A stretch of DNA of 64,000 nt from Balanoglossus misakiensis (Eukaryota > Animalia > Hemichordata), in contig CM082581.2 of the NCBI GenBank assembly GCA_040954595.2, forward strand, positions 2,534,699 to 2,598,698. Direction: 5' to 3'. The notes under the pieces were generated by a model, which had not been told where the DNA came from, did no database searches, and saw only the letters and a list, made by a program, of their open reading frames with translations. Positions 24,611-38,863 of this stretch are shown one piece after another (position 1 is the first letter of the stretch; every line of letters begins with the position of its first letter). Made by a program: the position numbers and the translations under genes.

Positions 24611-27600
24611 AATTATAGAAAATTCAAACTATTAGTTCAAAACATACACAACTGTGTGAGGTTAATATACAGCACAGCCCAAGAGTCTCATTCAGCCCAT
24701 GGTAGCTCTGAGCTGCGTTTGCACCAGCTCTCTATAAAGGCCAGTGTAGCCCTATTAACACCCCTTTCATCATAAGCAAGCTAAACGCACAAGAACAATA
24801 AATGCTATTGCTTCTGACATTAGAGAGAACAATAGAGCGCCTCCATGAGCGCCTCCATTAACACCTTCTAGAGCCCCCAAACAATGGCCAGTGAGAACAT
24901 AAGCATCCCCACCAACCCAATGTCTTTCCTTCATGGACCCCTGTCCCAATCTTAACTGTTTGCCAGGACCATAACAGTCCTCCACTGTGTAAACAGTCTG
25001 TTATTTATAGCGACCTTCCCCTACAGTGAGTGGAATGCGTGAGAATTAATGGATCAATTTCGCAACAGTGTTGATCTAAACAGTCGGGAAGGTACATATA
25101 CATTGTAAACGTTTTGTCATGAAAAAAAGTCGATAGCGACACACAGTTTAACTGAAAATAATGTTCCAGAATGCAAACCACACAATGAAAGATTAACCAT
25201 GTTTTGCAAGCAGCTGCTGACCAAGTGCATTCTCAGAAATACCTAATAAATGTACGTCCCAAATCACTACGGCAAGTATCCACACTGCTAAATCATTAAT
25301 GATGGGCATGCTGCAAGCTAAGTACACACGACCAACACTGACTCCATCGTCCCCTCGACCACAGCGCACGTCCCTAAATTTTGGAGAGCAAAGTGTGGCA
25401 GGCAAAAATGGCACGGACCTAGAAAGAAGCAATGACTGAGTTCTAACATTTTGTCATTACCAACAGCAACACGACAGAAAAATTGCAGTGCTATGCTTTG
25501 CGGAGAGAGGTGCTACCAGCAGCAAGCTATGTGTATTACCGGGATCAACCATTTTTATGTACGTTCGTTTAGGGGCAATTCGGGGGGGGGGGGGGGGGGA
25601 TGAAGACTACTAATGAATTTAATACATGTCTTGTCCTTCCATAGTAACACACCATTGAGTGTAAAAATGCAAAGTTACCACCATAGGTTTGAACAAACCA
25701 GTCTGGCATAGGTCTAACAGCACAAACCGGTACTTGTAGGTACCTCTCCCGGGCCCCAGCTATCTGTTCAAAAGTTGGTCATCTTTTTCTCCTACGGGCG
25801 AAAAGTTCAAAACTGCCTACAATCTAGTGACCCACACACAATGTATATGTAACATCGCAGACTCGACTTGGAATTCAAGACAAGATTCTAAGAACCGTCG
25901 CTATTTCCACGCAGAAAATAATCATTCAAAACTACAAGGAATGTGAAAGTATTTGAAGTGTTGCTCGCAGAGTTCAGTACCGGCGACGGACATCCCAGGT
26001 GAGGATATCAACGTCAACTTCAGAACCACCAGGCCGGTTCATGCAAAGAATCGGCCTCGAAAAAATTGGTTGATCATAATTTGTACTTGTAGTCGCAAAA
26101 ATTTGACAAGTTTCCCCGGTACGCTATCTGGAATTGGATAAGGTCGACGCAAGTGACGTGAGGTCACCTATCAAAATTGCTGCTGTTCAACTTTCCGAAC
26201 GCACATGCACCCTACCATATGCGTAATCGTTTTTGGAACAATCCATTTATCAGCTGGGTAAGTTGGTATGGCTATATGACGACTGTATTGGCTAACTGAG
26301 TATTCGTCACATGACAAAAGAAAATAATTATGAATTAAACACCACGAAGATCTTTTATTCATTTGTGGCCTTTAATCCACCGAACTGCCCCCTTGAACAA
26401 ACCACTATAACAACGGTTCATCCCGGTAATAAAATTACGGACTCGCTGCCACTGTGTTATCTCCGTGAAGACAGGAAACCGGCTGTTACTTCAGCTAAAT
26501 TTACCCCCTCAGAAATCTAGCAAATGGCACATGTAGGAAACTAATTACATAGGCTAACGGGGGATTGTTGTTGGCTAATTGAACATCCGTTCAACATGTG
26601 CAGCTGGTGCTGACCTAATGACCTTACCTAATGATATTCACGCAACTTCAGACATGGTTGTTTAGCAACGGGTGGCCTTGAGGTCAATACACTTTCACTC
26701 AGTGTTTCTTGTTTTCCTATTCCGTCTCACAAACTTAAACTCCACATAAACTGATACTTGACAGCATAAATGAAAACGGGTGGGAGTCAAATTAGTCAGG
26801 ATGGTTCAAATTAGTCAGGATAAAAACAAGACGCTCGAATTGGATTTGAGTAAATTATCAGCCATCCTATTTTCAGCCATCGCCGCCCCCACATTGCACA
26901 ACAAAAGGACTTGGTCGAAATTGCTCCATTACAAAGCCAAGAGTTTGAAGTTTCATCACACTATTTTTATGGGACAGTCCATGACAGGGGCAATCAGTTA
27001 ATTGCATATTCATGGGAGATCAACGAAGCCCTGCGGTATTCAGCTCATGCGCTTAGTCTACTTCTGACATTGTAATATACATGTACTGGGGCTGTTTATT
27101 GGGGTAACACATCGCATACAAAATATAGAACGGAGTGGGCTGGGTGTTGCTGTGCTTTCCCCATCACTCAGCAAATCTGCCACCATCATTGAAAATCCTG
27201 AATTTAGTGCATACAGACTAGAAATGGGCAGTGATCAAATTATCAAAACCAACGTCGATTACTTTATAAAATCATATACTGTAGCTTAGTGGATGCCCAT
27301 TAAACCCCAGTGCGGGGTATAAAAGGCCCCCCAAATCAGTGGCGAATCTTAATGCCGTTTGACTGACAGCAGACAACACCAACGATTTTGGCTCTATGAA
27401 AATCGGCCCAAACAGGCCCAAGCATAAAGAATTACACCACACAACGACAGTTGTTGGCTTTATAAACATACACAACATAAAGTTATCGACGAAAAAGTAC
27501 ACAAGCTTGTGAAACAACGATGATTTTGGGAGAAATCTGGTTTCAGTGCTTTTCAGAACAATGGATCGCGTCCCTGGGAAACAATGGCCACGCCATTCAA

Positions 27601-29146
27601 ACAGCTGTCAATCTTTCAGAGACGCGTAGAGGTGCGAAGAGTTCAATTATTTGCAAAGTACATAAGATCAATTACACTATAAACAAAGAGTGTGTGCTTT
27701 GAGAGATCTTAGTTGATGCAAAACAACAGGCGTATGCGGAGCGAACAGTCTAGTCGTAGCCGAAGTTATACTCGCGCGCGTGATACAACTGGTTGATTCA
27801 AACACACTGGGAAATAAGACTTACCGGTGGAGAGCAGATATTTGGGAGAAACTAATGGATTCAGTTGGATTTTAGAATCGATTATATGTATATATGTACA
27901 AATAAAACACTAATAATAATTGTATGTATATGCTGTTGTATCATGTTTTGTTTTGTAAGAGATAAAATCAATTATCTGAATCGTAAAATACATATAGGCC
28001 CTTAGTACAGCTTCGAAGAAACGAAACAATAGGAGTGTTCCTTCACTGACTTTCACCACGGTTGACAATCATATAAACGTGGTAAATTATGATTCCACTT
28101 ACAGAAAACATAGTCACTCTACTTCTTCAACATGTACTAGTAATATCTATGAAAAACATAACCTGATACTGTACAGTCTCGCTAAAGCTAACTTTTCGAA
28201 TGTTCGTGGATAGTCCTACGTATGGCGAGAGTGTCCGAGTAGCGACCACAGCGCACGCCATGCCAGTAGGACTTCGACTAATGACTCTCGGTTGCTGATC
28301 GTGAGATCATTCGTTGAACTTCAAGGCGCAAACTCGCATCACACTGTCGAAGACACGAGAAGGGCAACGATTACGGGAAATTGATTTACATCATTTTAGA
28401 AAAAATGGTTTTTAGTTTCCGCGAACCATTGCTGACCTGACTAGGGAGTATCGAAACCAGTCACGTGGTTGAGTGCAATCGTGACCGGGTACCTATCAAG
28501 CAATCTAACACACACCGACTCACATTTGGTCCTTTGTTCTGTCATTACAATATCATTCGACAATTCGCACGGAGGGCCGTGGACAACGATTCTGCTAGCC
28601 TATTTATTAGTCTGTGGAAAATTTAAAATCCGCCAATACTTCAAGTTTTACTCTGTCACTGGATTTTACAGCTCGTCAAACCGATGTCTGGCCAGGCTGC
28701 AGTTTATTGCAATCGCTTAGGAGGACTTCACCGACAACCCGGGAGAAAAGAACGTCGATTGCGCACTGCTGATCGCACTTCGTCGCTGAACAGTCGACTG
28801 CTAAAAACTAACCGTCGCTCACGTTCCAAGACTTTCAGAGAAGTATTGCGATAAGCCCACCTAGTCAAACAGATTACGCAGATAAACTACCAACGCTCCC
28901 AACCGTTAGTTATACAGTCGTTAGGGACGACGACCACTCCCAATCACTCCCAAATAAACAACTATACAAACACACGTTAATCCGAACCCCAGGACTTTCC
29001 GCACCGGCCTTTAAACTTGATAAATATACACAATTTTTACAGTGATAAAAATGTCACTTTCCCTGTTGTGAGTTACACTTCTGTCTCTTGAACTTGAAGC
29101 TGACCAGTTCATGCAGTTTTATTGTAGAACCCCAGAACTAAGCATA

Positions 29147-29660
29147 CTGTGGAATACTTTTTGTTCGCGTGGAATTTATTTTGGCTGCTTTCGCGGAGGT
29201 AATTTTTGCGCGAAAATTTGTTCCAGCGGTATGTTTTGAACACAATAGACATGAATATTAATGAGCTAGATCGACTGACGCAGTGACCTTTGACCACTGA
29301 TTACTTGCATGTTACGTCTATGGAAAACAATCTGACACGGAACACGCACTAACGCACTCACATGCCGACAGTCATTACCGACACCTTGTAATTAACACCA
29401 TAACTAAAACTGGTTAAAAACAATAAAATCAAATGTTTGCCGACTTGATTGACACCCAAAACGCATTGTTTGTCACCTAACGGCAGTCTGTGATGTTTGT
29501 GTTTGACGACTTAGCTTTGTCAACGTCTAATTTCAATTGGCGTACAGCGCCTTGGCTGATGACAATGTAAAGCGATCAGCGCGAAAATAAAGTCGCGCCG
29601 ACGTATCAATTTTATCCATTGCGCGAAAATATATTCCAGCGATAATAAAGTATTCCACAG
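29147..29660. mobile_element. TA-flanked MITE (CTGT.. family; relatives ~12632-12821, 15695-15919, 18683-18890)
   Basis: TA|CTGTGGAATACTTT ... AAAGTATTCCACAG|TA with TTCGCG-rich subterminal repeats. Confidence 0.8.
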
Positions 29661-30129
29661 TATACATGTATATTTCACCTCTCTACACATATATGAAGTT
29701 CACAGTGATAAAAAACACCTTTGGTGGGTAATGTTGTGGTCCTCCTAGTCACTCTGTACTCCCTCACTTATCACCCACACTGAAAATGAAAACAATGACA
29801 GGCTGGCAGGGTGTCAATGAGGTCACACACTCACCACTGAAACCCATTAAGAAATGGACCACACGAACGCACCCAAACTCACACACCCAAACCCGTTTAA
29901 GCACAACCCTTTGTTTGCTTCATTGTTGCAAAAAACGCATTCCATTCACACTTCTCAATGAAACTTATTGTTGTGCGTTTGAGCTGGCTCTGGGCTAGTG
30001 CAGGCAAAACGCACAGACTACAACTGTGCCTCCACTGGGTCACAAAATCAGAATGAGACTCTTGGACTGTGCTGTAAGGTACATGCATACCAATTTTCAA
30101 ATCAATATGACCAGTGGTTGTTGAGTTTC

Positions 30130-30328
30130 TGAGTTTTGGCCAAATTTACGTTTTTCCCAACAACTTCATTTGAACAAACTCCCATCTACAGCCCTGCCTG
30201 CATCTGCACACCAAATATAGAGGTTATATGCTCAGCGGTTTTCAAGTTTTTGATGTGAACGGACATACATCCATACAGACGCAACCGATCTCATAAGGTA
30301 CCACCAGTATATACAAATGGGACCTAAA
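30130..30328 (-). mobile_element. HINE 5' portion (same family as 19152-19729)
   Basis: Reverse complement of ~19152-19400. Confidence 0.7.
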
Positions 30329-31537
30329 GATATTTGGGTGCAACTTGTAGACTGCATCATATATATATTGTGTTGTCGCCCAAATTGTGTGTGTGTGTGT
30401 GTGTGTGTGTGAGGGGGGGGGGGGGTTCCCAATGTGCCCTTCCTATGATATCTGCAATAATTGTAGCCTAGATGGGATGATTGATCAAGCCCACCCATAA
30501 GCGATCAACCAGCCCACCAAAGCTACAATTATTGCACCTAATCCTATGATAGCTGGATCCATAGGCTAAACTGTACAAAACAAATAAGTGTCAGTATAAA
30601 ATGTGGTAACTTTTGGCGTTTGTTTCTTCCCACTGAATTTCGACATCGCAAAGTGATTTCAGATGTCAGTTTATATTTATAATAACATTACTGCCACTAA
30701 GAAATATGAATGAAGTTGCACAGTTCATATAAACATTACACCACTGGCAACTGTGCTATATCATGCCACTTTTATGACCCCTTTTGACCTCTACATCCTG
30801 GCTTTTTGTCGGTGTGACTGTGAGTATACAATTTCGAGTTTACCAACCATGCTATTGAATCAATGCACTTTTTCTCATCCTTGAACAAATATGGTGAACA
30901 TTGCCTGTTAGAAAAGATTAGCTGTTCAACATTGAATGATGAATGATGTCATACCTACAAATCACCAGGATGTAAGGTCACACAGGGGTCATGAAAGAGG
31001 CCTGTAAGATACTCTTGTTCCCTGCCCACTTTCTAACCCTGCTGTCACTACCAGCAGCAGGAATGGGACAGGTCCAGGCTATATCTATAGGACTGTTTGC
31101 TAACATTAAGTGTGTTTACTTGAGTAAGTTGGGTACTATGATAGGTATTGTCACCATTACTGTAGAGGGAGACATGAGTCTACCTGGTTGATTTATATTT
31201 TACATGTTGTGCTTAGATTAATATAAATAATTTATGCATAGTTACTTAGGAACACTTCCATAACTAGTCTGCATTTTGCCTCTGCCAAAAGGTAAAGAAA
31301 AAACGTCAGAGAATAGGCAGAGTAGAAACTAAACTGCACTCTCCTAAATATAAAATGGTTTACCCCTAAGTCTAATGTGATGCATAGTGTGATTCAATTT
31401 GTGTCAATAAAATTGCAACCACATCAGTGTTAAGTGAAAACAGTATGTGACATACTTTTCCACCTGACCAAATCTATTAGAAACACATTTTTTAAAGAAA
31501 TTGTTTTAAAGGGGCAGCTGCTATGACATTTGGGATT

Positions 31538-31993
31538 AATAGAATCTCACACTCCCAGGGACCTGGGATCGTATTTCTCACACGAGTTGGGGATTTTCTG
31601 TCACACACGAGCCGCAGGCGAGTGTGGGACAAAATATCCCTGACGAGTGTGAGAAATACGATCCCAGGTCCTTGGTGTGTGAGATTATTTTTCTCACACG
31701 GTCACAAATTAGCCAAATTCGTTAAAACATTGAAAAATGACTCTGGAAATGTCGTCTGGGGGCACGTTATAGTTCTGTGCCTGTAATACACATCGCGCCA
31801 TTGGATAACATTTAGTGCGCGAAGAGAAAGAACTCTTTGTCAACCAATCAGCGCTCGCGTCATATACAGCTTTCGATTCAGTGAGAGTGTGAGAATAATA
31901 GAATCTCACACTCCCAAGGACCTGAGATCGTATTTCTCACACTCGTCGGGGATATCCTATCCCACACTCCCAGCGGCCAGCAGTGTGAGAAAT
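31538..31993 (-). mobile_element. Foldback element family A, copy 3 (best preserved)
   Basis: Palindrome 31538-31690 with apex CGAGCCGCAGGCGAG; body bounded by TTCTCACAC/GTGTGAGAA; palindrome arm repeated at 31896. Confidence 0.8.
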
Positions 31994-31999
31994 TAAATA

Positions 32000-32176
32000 C
32001 AGTAAAACCTGTCTGAACCGAACACTGAAGGCAATGAAGAAATTGTTCAGTTTACAGACATTTCCAGTTTGTAAAGGTTCTTTTAACATGTGATTCTATG
32101 TCGAAGGTACTGAAAAGGTGTTCAGTATAGACAGGTTTTCAGATTAGACAGGGTTTGGTTTTGACAGGTTTTACTG
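32000..32176. mobile_element. Tc1/mariner-type MITE
   Basis: TA|CAGTAAAACCTGTC ... GACAGGTTTTACTG. Confidence 0.7.
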
Positions 32177-35100
32177 AAGGTTGAAAATTAATTCTATGTG
32201 GCCACTGAAGATTCTTGTGCTACTCCCAACAATATGTTGAAACCCACAATTGATCTATAAAATACCATCCACTAAATATTTAAATGTCACCAAAAACATT
32301 TTACTCTAAATAAATAAATATATTCTATAAAAACATTTTTTTAGACATGTTGCATATTTACGTAACAGTAGTAAAAAACTGTGAATGATAACATTACACA
32401 TTCACGGGCTATGTTGACAAGTGAAGTATAAATGGGTATATTAGCATGCTGTTTGGAGTAGAACAAGAAATTCCCATTGATACTCAGAACAAAAATATAT
32501 GTACATCAATTAAAGCCAAAAGTTACAGCTAATGTCCCGTTAAGTGCATCACCCACTTTGGACAGCCATTGTAATTCAGAAAACTTCTGGAGCAGTGAAT
32601 AAATCCTACTATTCCTAGTATATCAGAAGTTTTTTTTCATTATAAAAATCGAGCTAGACACTACTTTGTACAATAGTTATGACAGCTTGCATTTACGCAG
32701 ATTTGAGCCAGACATCTCAAAGCGTTAACAAAAAAACATAGAGAATACTGTTTTTGCGAAGGTAATTTAAATTGCTTGTTACGTGATAGTAATGAAAACA
32801 ATGGTGACATTGAAGTAACCGAAATGTTCTCCTATATCAAGCTTTCAGAGATAATTAACAGAGAAATGTTTATTTCAAAAAGTGAACGTCTCATTTTTTA
32901 GCTTATACAGTCACAGTATGTAATAGAGGGACTGTGATATAGTGCACTGGTTTGGCTGTTGTTTCACTACAGATTTTTGTGGTGGGGGTCACGGGTGGGT
33001 CTATGATGGGGGAAACCAGAATAGAACCACCCCCACCCTCCCCCTAGCTGTGTTTCCATAGAGATAATGTAGCACTAAATGTGACATTATTATATGACTC
33101 AGAAGGGCACATAGCTCTGCGTACAGGTCTGTGTGTTCCCGGCTGTATGCAGAGCTAAAGATCACACAGAGAAACCACACGACAGAGATCTCACCCTCTC
33201 AAAAAGCAGACTCTGAAAAGCATGTAAAAGAATTAAGACTGGCTTACCTGTAGGAGGACCTGTGTCACACATCTCTGCCCGCCAAGGTCTTGCCAACGAC
33301 CCTGGCGATGTCTGTCATCTAGTCTTGCTCCAAGCGATGCTAATCACACTGGCGGCGCGTCGTACAGCGACTGCCATAAAGCCAAGTCATCACCGGACTC
33401 TCATCATATCTGATATACTTCACTGGCCGGTCGGGGCAACGCCGACGTCACGATAAAACGTCGTAGGTCCCAGGGCAACACCGTAGCTACACCCTAATGA
33501 GAGAGAATGTCTAGTGATCTGAGTGACGGCAACTGATCCCGGATCTCAATCACTCACCCGGCTTTGTCAGTGTCATGGCTCTCTCTCTCAACTACGGTGC
33601 GACCTGTGATGACGACCACCTCGCAAAGTTCTGCCAAGCGCCGCCGCGTCCCATGTAGAAAGGTTGCGAAACCCTTTGAAAACACTGCCAAGAATGCTCC
33701 ATTATCCGAAATATGTTCTTTCACTGACGTCTCCACTCATGAGAAATTTAAAAAAGGGGCGTAACACGCTGTTGTAAAAGATCAGCTGATTCGCGACCAA
33801 AACATTCACGATTGACCCTTGACCTAGGATAGTCCTGTACCCTCGATCCAGCGCCAGCAAAGTTGGCGTTGTTAAAATAATTATTAGGTAAACAGCCATC
33901 ACTATAAGCTATAGATGTAATTCAGTAAACCAAAATCTTTAAAAATATATGTTGTCAAGAACAATTTATAGACCAAGGCCATGGCCAGAGGTACATCCGA
34001 AAAATACCAACTGTACATGGTTATTCTTATACAACCTTTGACCCCGATTTGTAAACAGTGCTGCATGTTTGAAGTATCGCTCTTAAAAATTGAGATTCAC
34101 CTGATGCAGTGGTTTAAAACCGATGGTGGCAAACAAGTTTTCCGCGAACATGAAAACAACACAACACAACACAACAAATTATATTGATATACCATGCCTA
34201 ACATATGAAATGGAAAAAATGCAATCAAATGAGTGGCCAAGCAAATTTTTTCAACATTTTCCATTTAATTAACATTTTGTAATAGTTTATATATTTTAGG
34301 CTGACTGTGGGTTGATTCTGTCTGCCTTAAACATTTAAGAAAAATTTGTTTGTAAAGTCATTTCAATGCCTGTCTATTAAAGCCTGTATAGCTGCCAAAT
34401 TTCACATTTTTCAACAATAAAATACTTCAAATATATTCCCTATCCTCTAAATCCTCAACTTAAGCCATATTACTTGCATTTGCATCAGTTTGTCATCTTT
34501 TGGCGACGCATACCACGATAGCTGCGTACTGTTTGTATGGAGGCTGATGAAATGGGTGCGGCACCGTTTTAATACAAAAGTGTTCAAATTGCAACATGCA
34601 GTCATAATCGGGCATTGATAAGGTGTTCATGTATACCTAAGTAAGCTTATTTAGATGGACTAATTTAAGTTGGAAATTAATGCTAAAAAGTGGCAGCTCT
34701 AGAGACTTTCAATTCCACATTTTCCTGACAATTGTTGGATGTAAATGTATTTGAAATATGTGCTTTGATTGGATTATATGACATAGATTTATTTGAAGGG
34801 TGTGTTTGGATTAGATTATGTGACCATTGGATTTTTGGATTTGTGTTCAAGAAGTGTTTGGAAATATAGAAGGGATCTGATGAAAAATGTTCAGGCAATT
34901 ATTTTACCTAGGTCTAGAGTTTTAAAAAAGGGTGCGTGATTTTCATGTTGTTTGGGTATTGATACTATGTTCACTTTAAGTTCTATATTTGCACATTGAG
35001 ATATGCTTAAATGTCCAGTATTCAGCTTATCAACTCTACCAGTATTTTCATTAATAACAATAAAATTTATGCGTTTATTGTTTGTGTAATTTGGATTATT

Positions 35101-38100
35101 AAGTCAAATGAGGGACAGTTCTTAATGTACACCTTGGAATGAATCAATCAACAACATAATAGATAGGTGAATATTTTTCCTCTATTTTGATGTGAACTTT
35201 GCTAAATCCTTTTTATCATTTAAACAATGACCTTTGGCTTTTCAGAGACGCGGTCAAGATGTCTCTCCAAATCCGTTTGAGCTCGCGCTCTGATTCGATA
35301 GTATCATGCAGATGTTGTTTCATGTGATTGGCTAACGTCCTTGTCACGTGACGTGGCATACGTGTGGAACATACGTTCGGAACAACAAACGACACTTGTA
35401 CGCGTAAATTATGATTACGTATAAAATAATTCGGATTATCTCAATTTTTGGCGATCGATCTATAAAAATGAAATTGTGAAGTAAGTAGGCAACCATGGTG
35501 ATACTTCCGGTGGAACGCTATTCTCGTGTACGTTAAGGCGTGGGCCCACACAAGGGCGCCCTCTATTGACAGACTGAATACGTTAATCGAGCATAATAAA
35601 CAATTGTAACCACACCAGCCAATCAGTTGATGTAATTCATGTTCAAGACAAGCAAATAAAATGAGACATTTCCGAGAAAACCTCCAAACCTATTATCATG
35701 TGACAAATAGTGGCATTTTTGGGGTCGAAAATGATATTCTTAAAAGAAGGCCAAAAATCCACCGCTAGATGCTCACCATCCCATTATTATTTTTTAGTTT
35801 CACCTTATAACCCGTCAACTTTCTCTGATAGGACCCATACTGTAGTGTATTTCGCTGCCATAATATTTTGACGATGTAGATTATAGACTACCCATTGACC
35901 GGCAGCCAAAATTCCAACATTTATAGGGTTATGCTGAATCATTAACTTCGTTTTCAAACACAGTATCGTAATCTTGAAATGGGCGAACATGTTAACCTTC
36001 GATTACGACCAGAGGTGTCAGAAAATAAAGCTGTTTAGCGGTGGATTTTTCGTATTTTCCGCCTCGTAAATTATCCTTACCCTGGGACGCTCGTCCAGGG
36101 GCGCCATTACGTAATGCCTTAGTTGGCGTGATGCATTGTGGGTAAAATCAGCTGATCGTATACGCGTATCCTAGCAACTGACATGGACGCTACCATTAGC
36201 GCCCGCCCGCGTTCACGATCATTTTAGTGTTGCTACAGTTCAGAAAATCGTGAACATACATAATTCCCAATCAGTTTGGGATGATTTTTAGCCACAAGTA
36301 GTAATTACTGTCACTCATTCATTTATTTAACAAGCCATGACAACATTATATGAGGGAAATAAACCTTTATTTCAACTTCAATCTGGTGAGTACATGGTTT
36401 TCATTTTACCCCATCAAAATAGTGCGTCTTGAAAGGTCAAAGTTCAACTTTTCCTTCGTTCATGTAAAATTGGCGCCATATTCAAATTGCAGCAGATGAT
36501 CCCTTCAGCTGTTATTTGGAGGTATGCACTTGTTCAGTTGGCATGTCATCATGGCATTTTGTGGTTATTTTATGACCATAGCTGCAAGAGCAACAAAAGA
36601 GCTTTCTAATTCCGAAAAGTCTACTCAGGAAAAGGCTGAAAATACATCAAGATTTATGCCTGTTTACAACATATCCATTGGACAAAGGTATGCCAAATAT
36701 CAGGATATCATGGCTAACAGCAGAAATATGCTAGTTACCAGTTTAAATTTAAACTGCCACGATTTGAGAAAACACTAAGTGCTTCAGTTCAATGGTTGAA
36801 TTCCAGGAAAAATGTCAGTATTTCTCCAGCATTTTTCTGCAACTAGTTGGCAAAAACTGCCTTTATCAAGGCAAATCCTACACACAGCACTTGACTGTCA
36901 AGAGTGCCAAAGTAGCAATGTTGATGTTCTGCTTTTGAACAAGTACTATCAGAAACATATCAAAAGTCTTTCCTTCTCGACTGTTGAGGTAATTGAAGAT
37001 GCAATGGGAGAGATGCAACAACTACAAAATCCACTTGAGACAAAGCTGACTGTCCCTGTTAAATCTGCCGTAAGAACTGCCAGACAGCTATATCAGCGAG
37101 TAGAGGAGTCATACAATAAAGTGTACTCAACACCTTTCAGTGAAGCGCTTCTCAAAGTTCCGGGGTTCAAGCTACAGACAAAAATCAGCAAAGAACAGAA
37201 AAAGAAAGACAGACGAGCACTTTATACTAATGTCAAGCAAAGCATCGAAAAATCTCACGCTAAAAATGACGGAGATTTAAAAACAATCCTAGGATCCGGT
37301 CAGTCATTTGCTTGCTACGAATCATGTTGACGGTCTGTTGACTTTCAGTCTACCGATTCTGCCAAGAAGCAAGTAAATCCCTCAACAAGCTGACACCAAA
37401 AGACCATGTTGGAAAAACAGAGTCTGTTGAATGGGACAAAAGCTCATTTGTAAGTGAACTTTCCAATTATGATGCTGGCAAGGAGGTCAACTGGAGTAGC
37501 CTTGCGAGAAAGTACGGGCTAACAGCTGCAAATGGTGGCCAAATACTGAAAGAGTACGCAACCTCAGCTGGCATCGACACTGACAAGTTCAATATCAATA
37601 AGAAGGTTCAAGGTCGAGATTTTGTCAGAAGAGTACGCCGTAAAACATTGAAAGGTCTTGGGGGGGGGGGAAGGGGTCACTTCCTCAACACCGACCAGCA
37701 AGAGCCCTGCAAGAAATATTGAAAACAAAAATAAGAAGTGGCGAAATCGACATCGGTGAATTAATAGCACCAAAAGAGTTCCAAAAGATGACCATTGGAA
37801 AAGATGGCAAATTAAAAGAAGAAACTTATACAATCTACGCTAGAAAAATAAACTTACAGACAATCCGAAAACGAGAGCTTGACAGACAAATTAAGCTTGG
37901 TGTTCTGAGAAGCCATGTTTATGGGTATGACGACGGTCATTACCAAAACCTAGAAGAAAAAGAAATAAGGGATGAGCTACAAAGAATACACGAGTTGAAA
38001 GAAGGAGAAACCATCGATGAAATGCGCAGTAAATTAAAAAGACTACATCACTAACGGCACTTCAAAATATGGCATGACCACAGTACTGTAGGCAACCATT

Positions 38101-38517
38101 CCCACATTGTCTTCATGGTGAGCTGGATATACGACGCGGCAACATATCTGACAAATGAGGAGTACTTGGAGAAACACGGAAAAAAAGTAAACGTTGACTC
38201 GCTTGTTGAGAAGCCTCATCTATATATAATGGGACGATCCAACTCCAATGACGTTGATCAGCTGTCATATGTTGAAACCAGAGTAGAAGATCTAAAATGT
38301 GCAACAGGACCAATAACATCCGACGAAGGTTCCAGGGAATACACAGATGTCCACCGATTTTTTCATGGCGATGGACCGGCACAGGAGTTTGAGGATTGGC
38401 ACCAGAAAGGAGGTCACTACCAGTGCATCTGTGGAATAGAGTCAAGAAGACATGATGATCTGTCTGCATGTTACCATCTGAAATATCTGTCAATAGATGA
38501 GAAACGTAACTTGTTAA

Positions 38518-38863
38518 AGGGACAAAGTCTCTCTCGCGCGAACCTTTTTCCATTAATTATGTTTGATACAAGACACCGTTCACATTATTCTACATGTGGA
38601 TATATTGAGAATCCACATTCAACTACACACAAATTCCATCCCTTTTGTAGGATATGAGTGTAAAAATCCCGCCAAAATGAATAAATGGTAAACACCGATT
38701 ATTCATTTTGGCAAGTTTTTCACTCTCGTGTCTACAGGTTGGATGGAAGTTGTGTGTGGTTGAACGTTGATTCACTATATATCCACATTCAGAATAAATA
38801 AATGGTGTCTTGTATCAAACATAATTAATGGAAAAGGGGCAGCGAGAGAGAGACTTTGTCCCT
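38518..38863 (+). mobile_element. Intact 346-bp AGGGACAAAG Kolobok-like MITE inside the RAG1-like coding region
   Basis: TTAA TSD at 38514-38517 and 38864-38867; long imperfect TIR. Confidence 0.9.

Noticed and set aside
29701-29720. RSS-like CACAGTG followed by an A-rich motif (other CACAGTG near 22848, 41603, 44630)
   Set aside because: No nonamer at 12/23 spacing and no inverted partner bracketing the RAG1-like gene; a few heptamers are expected by chance in 64 kb.
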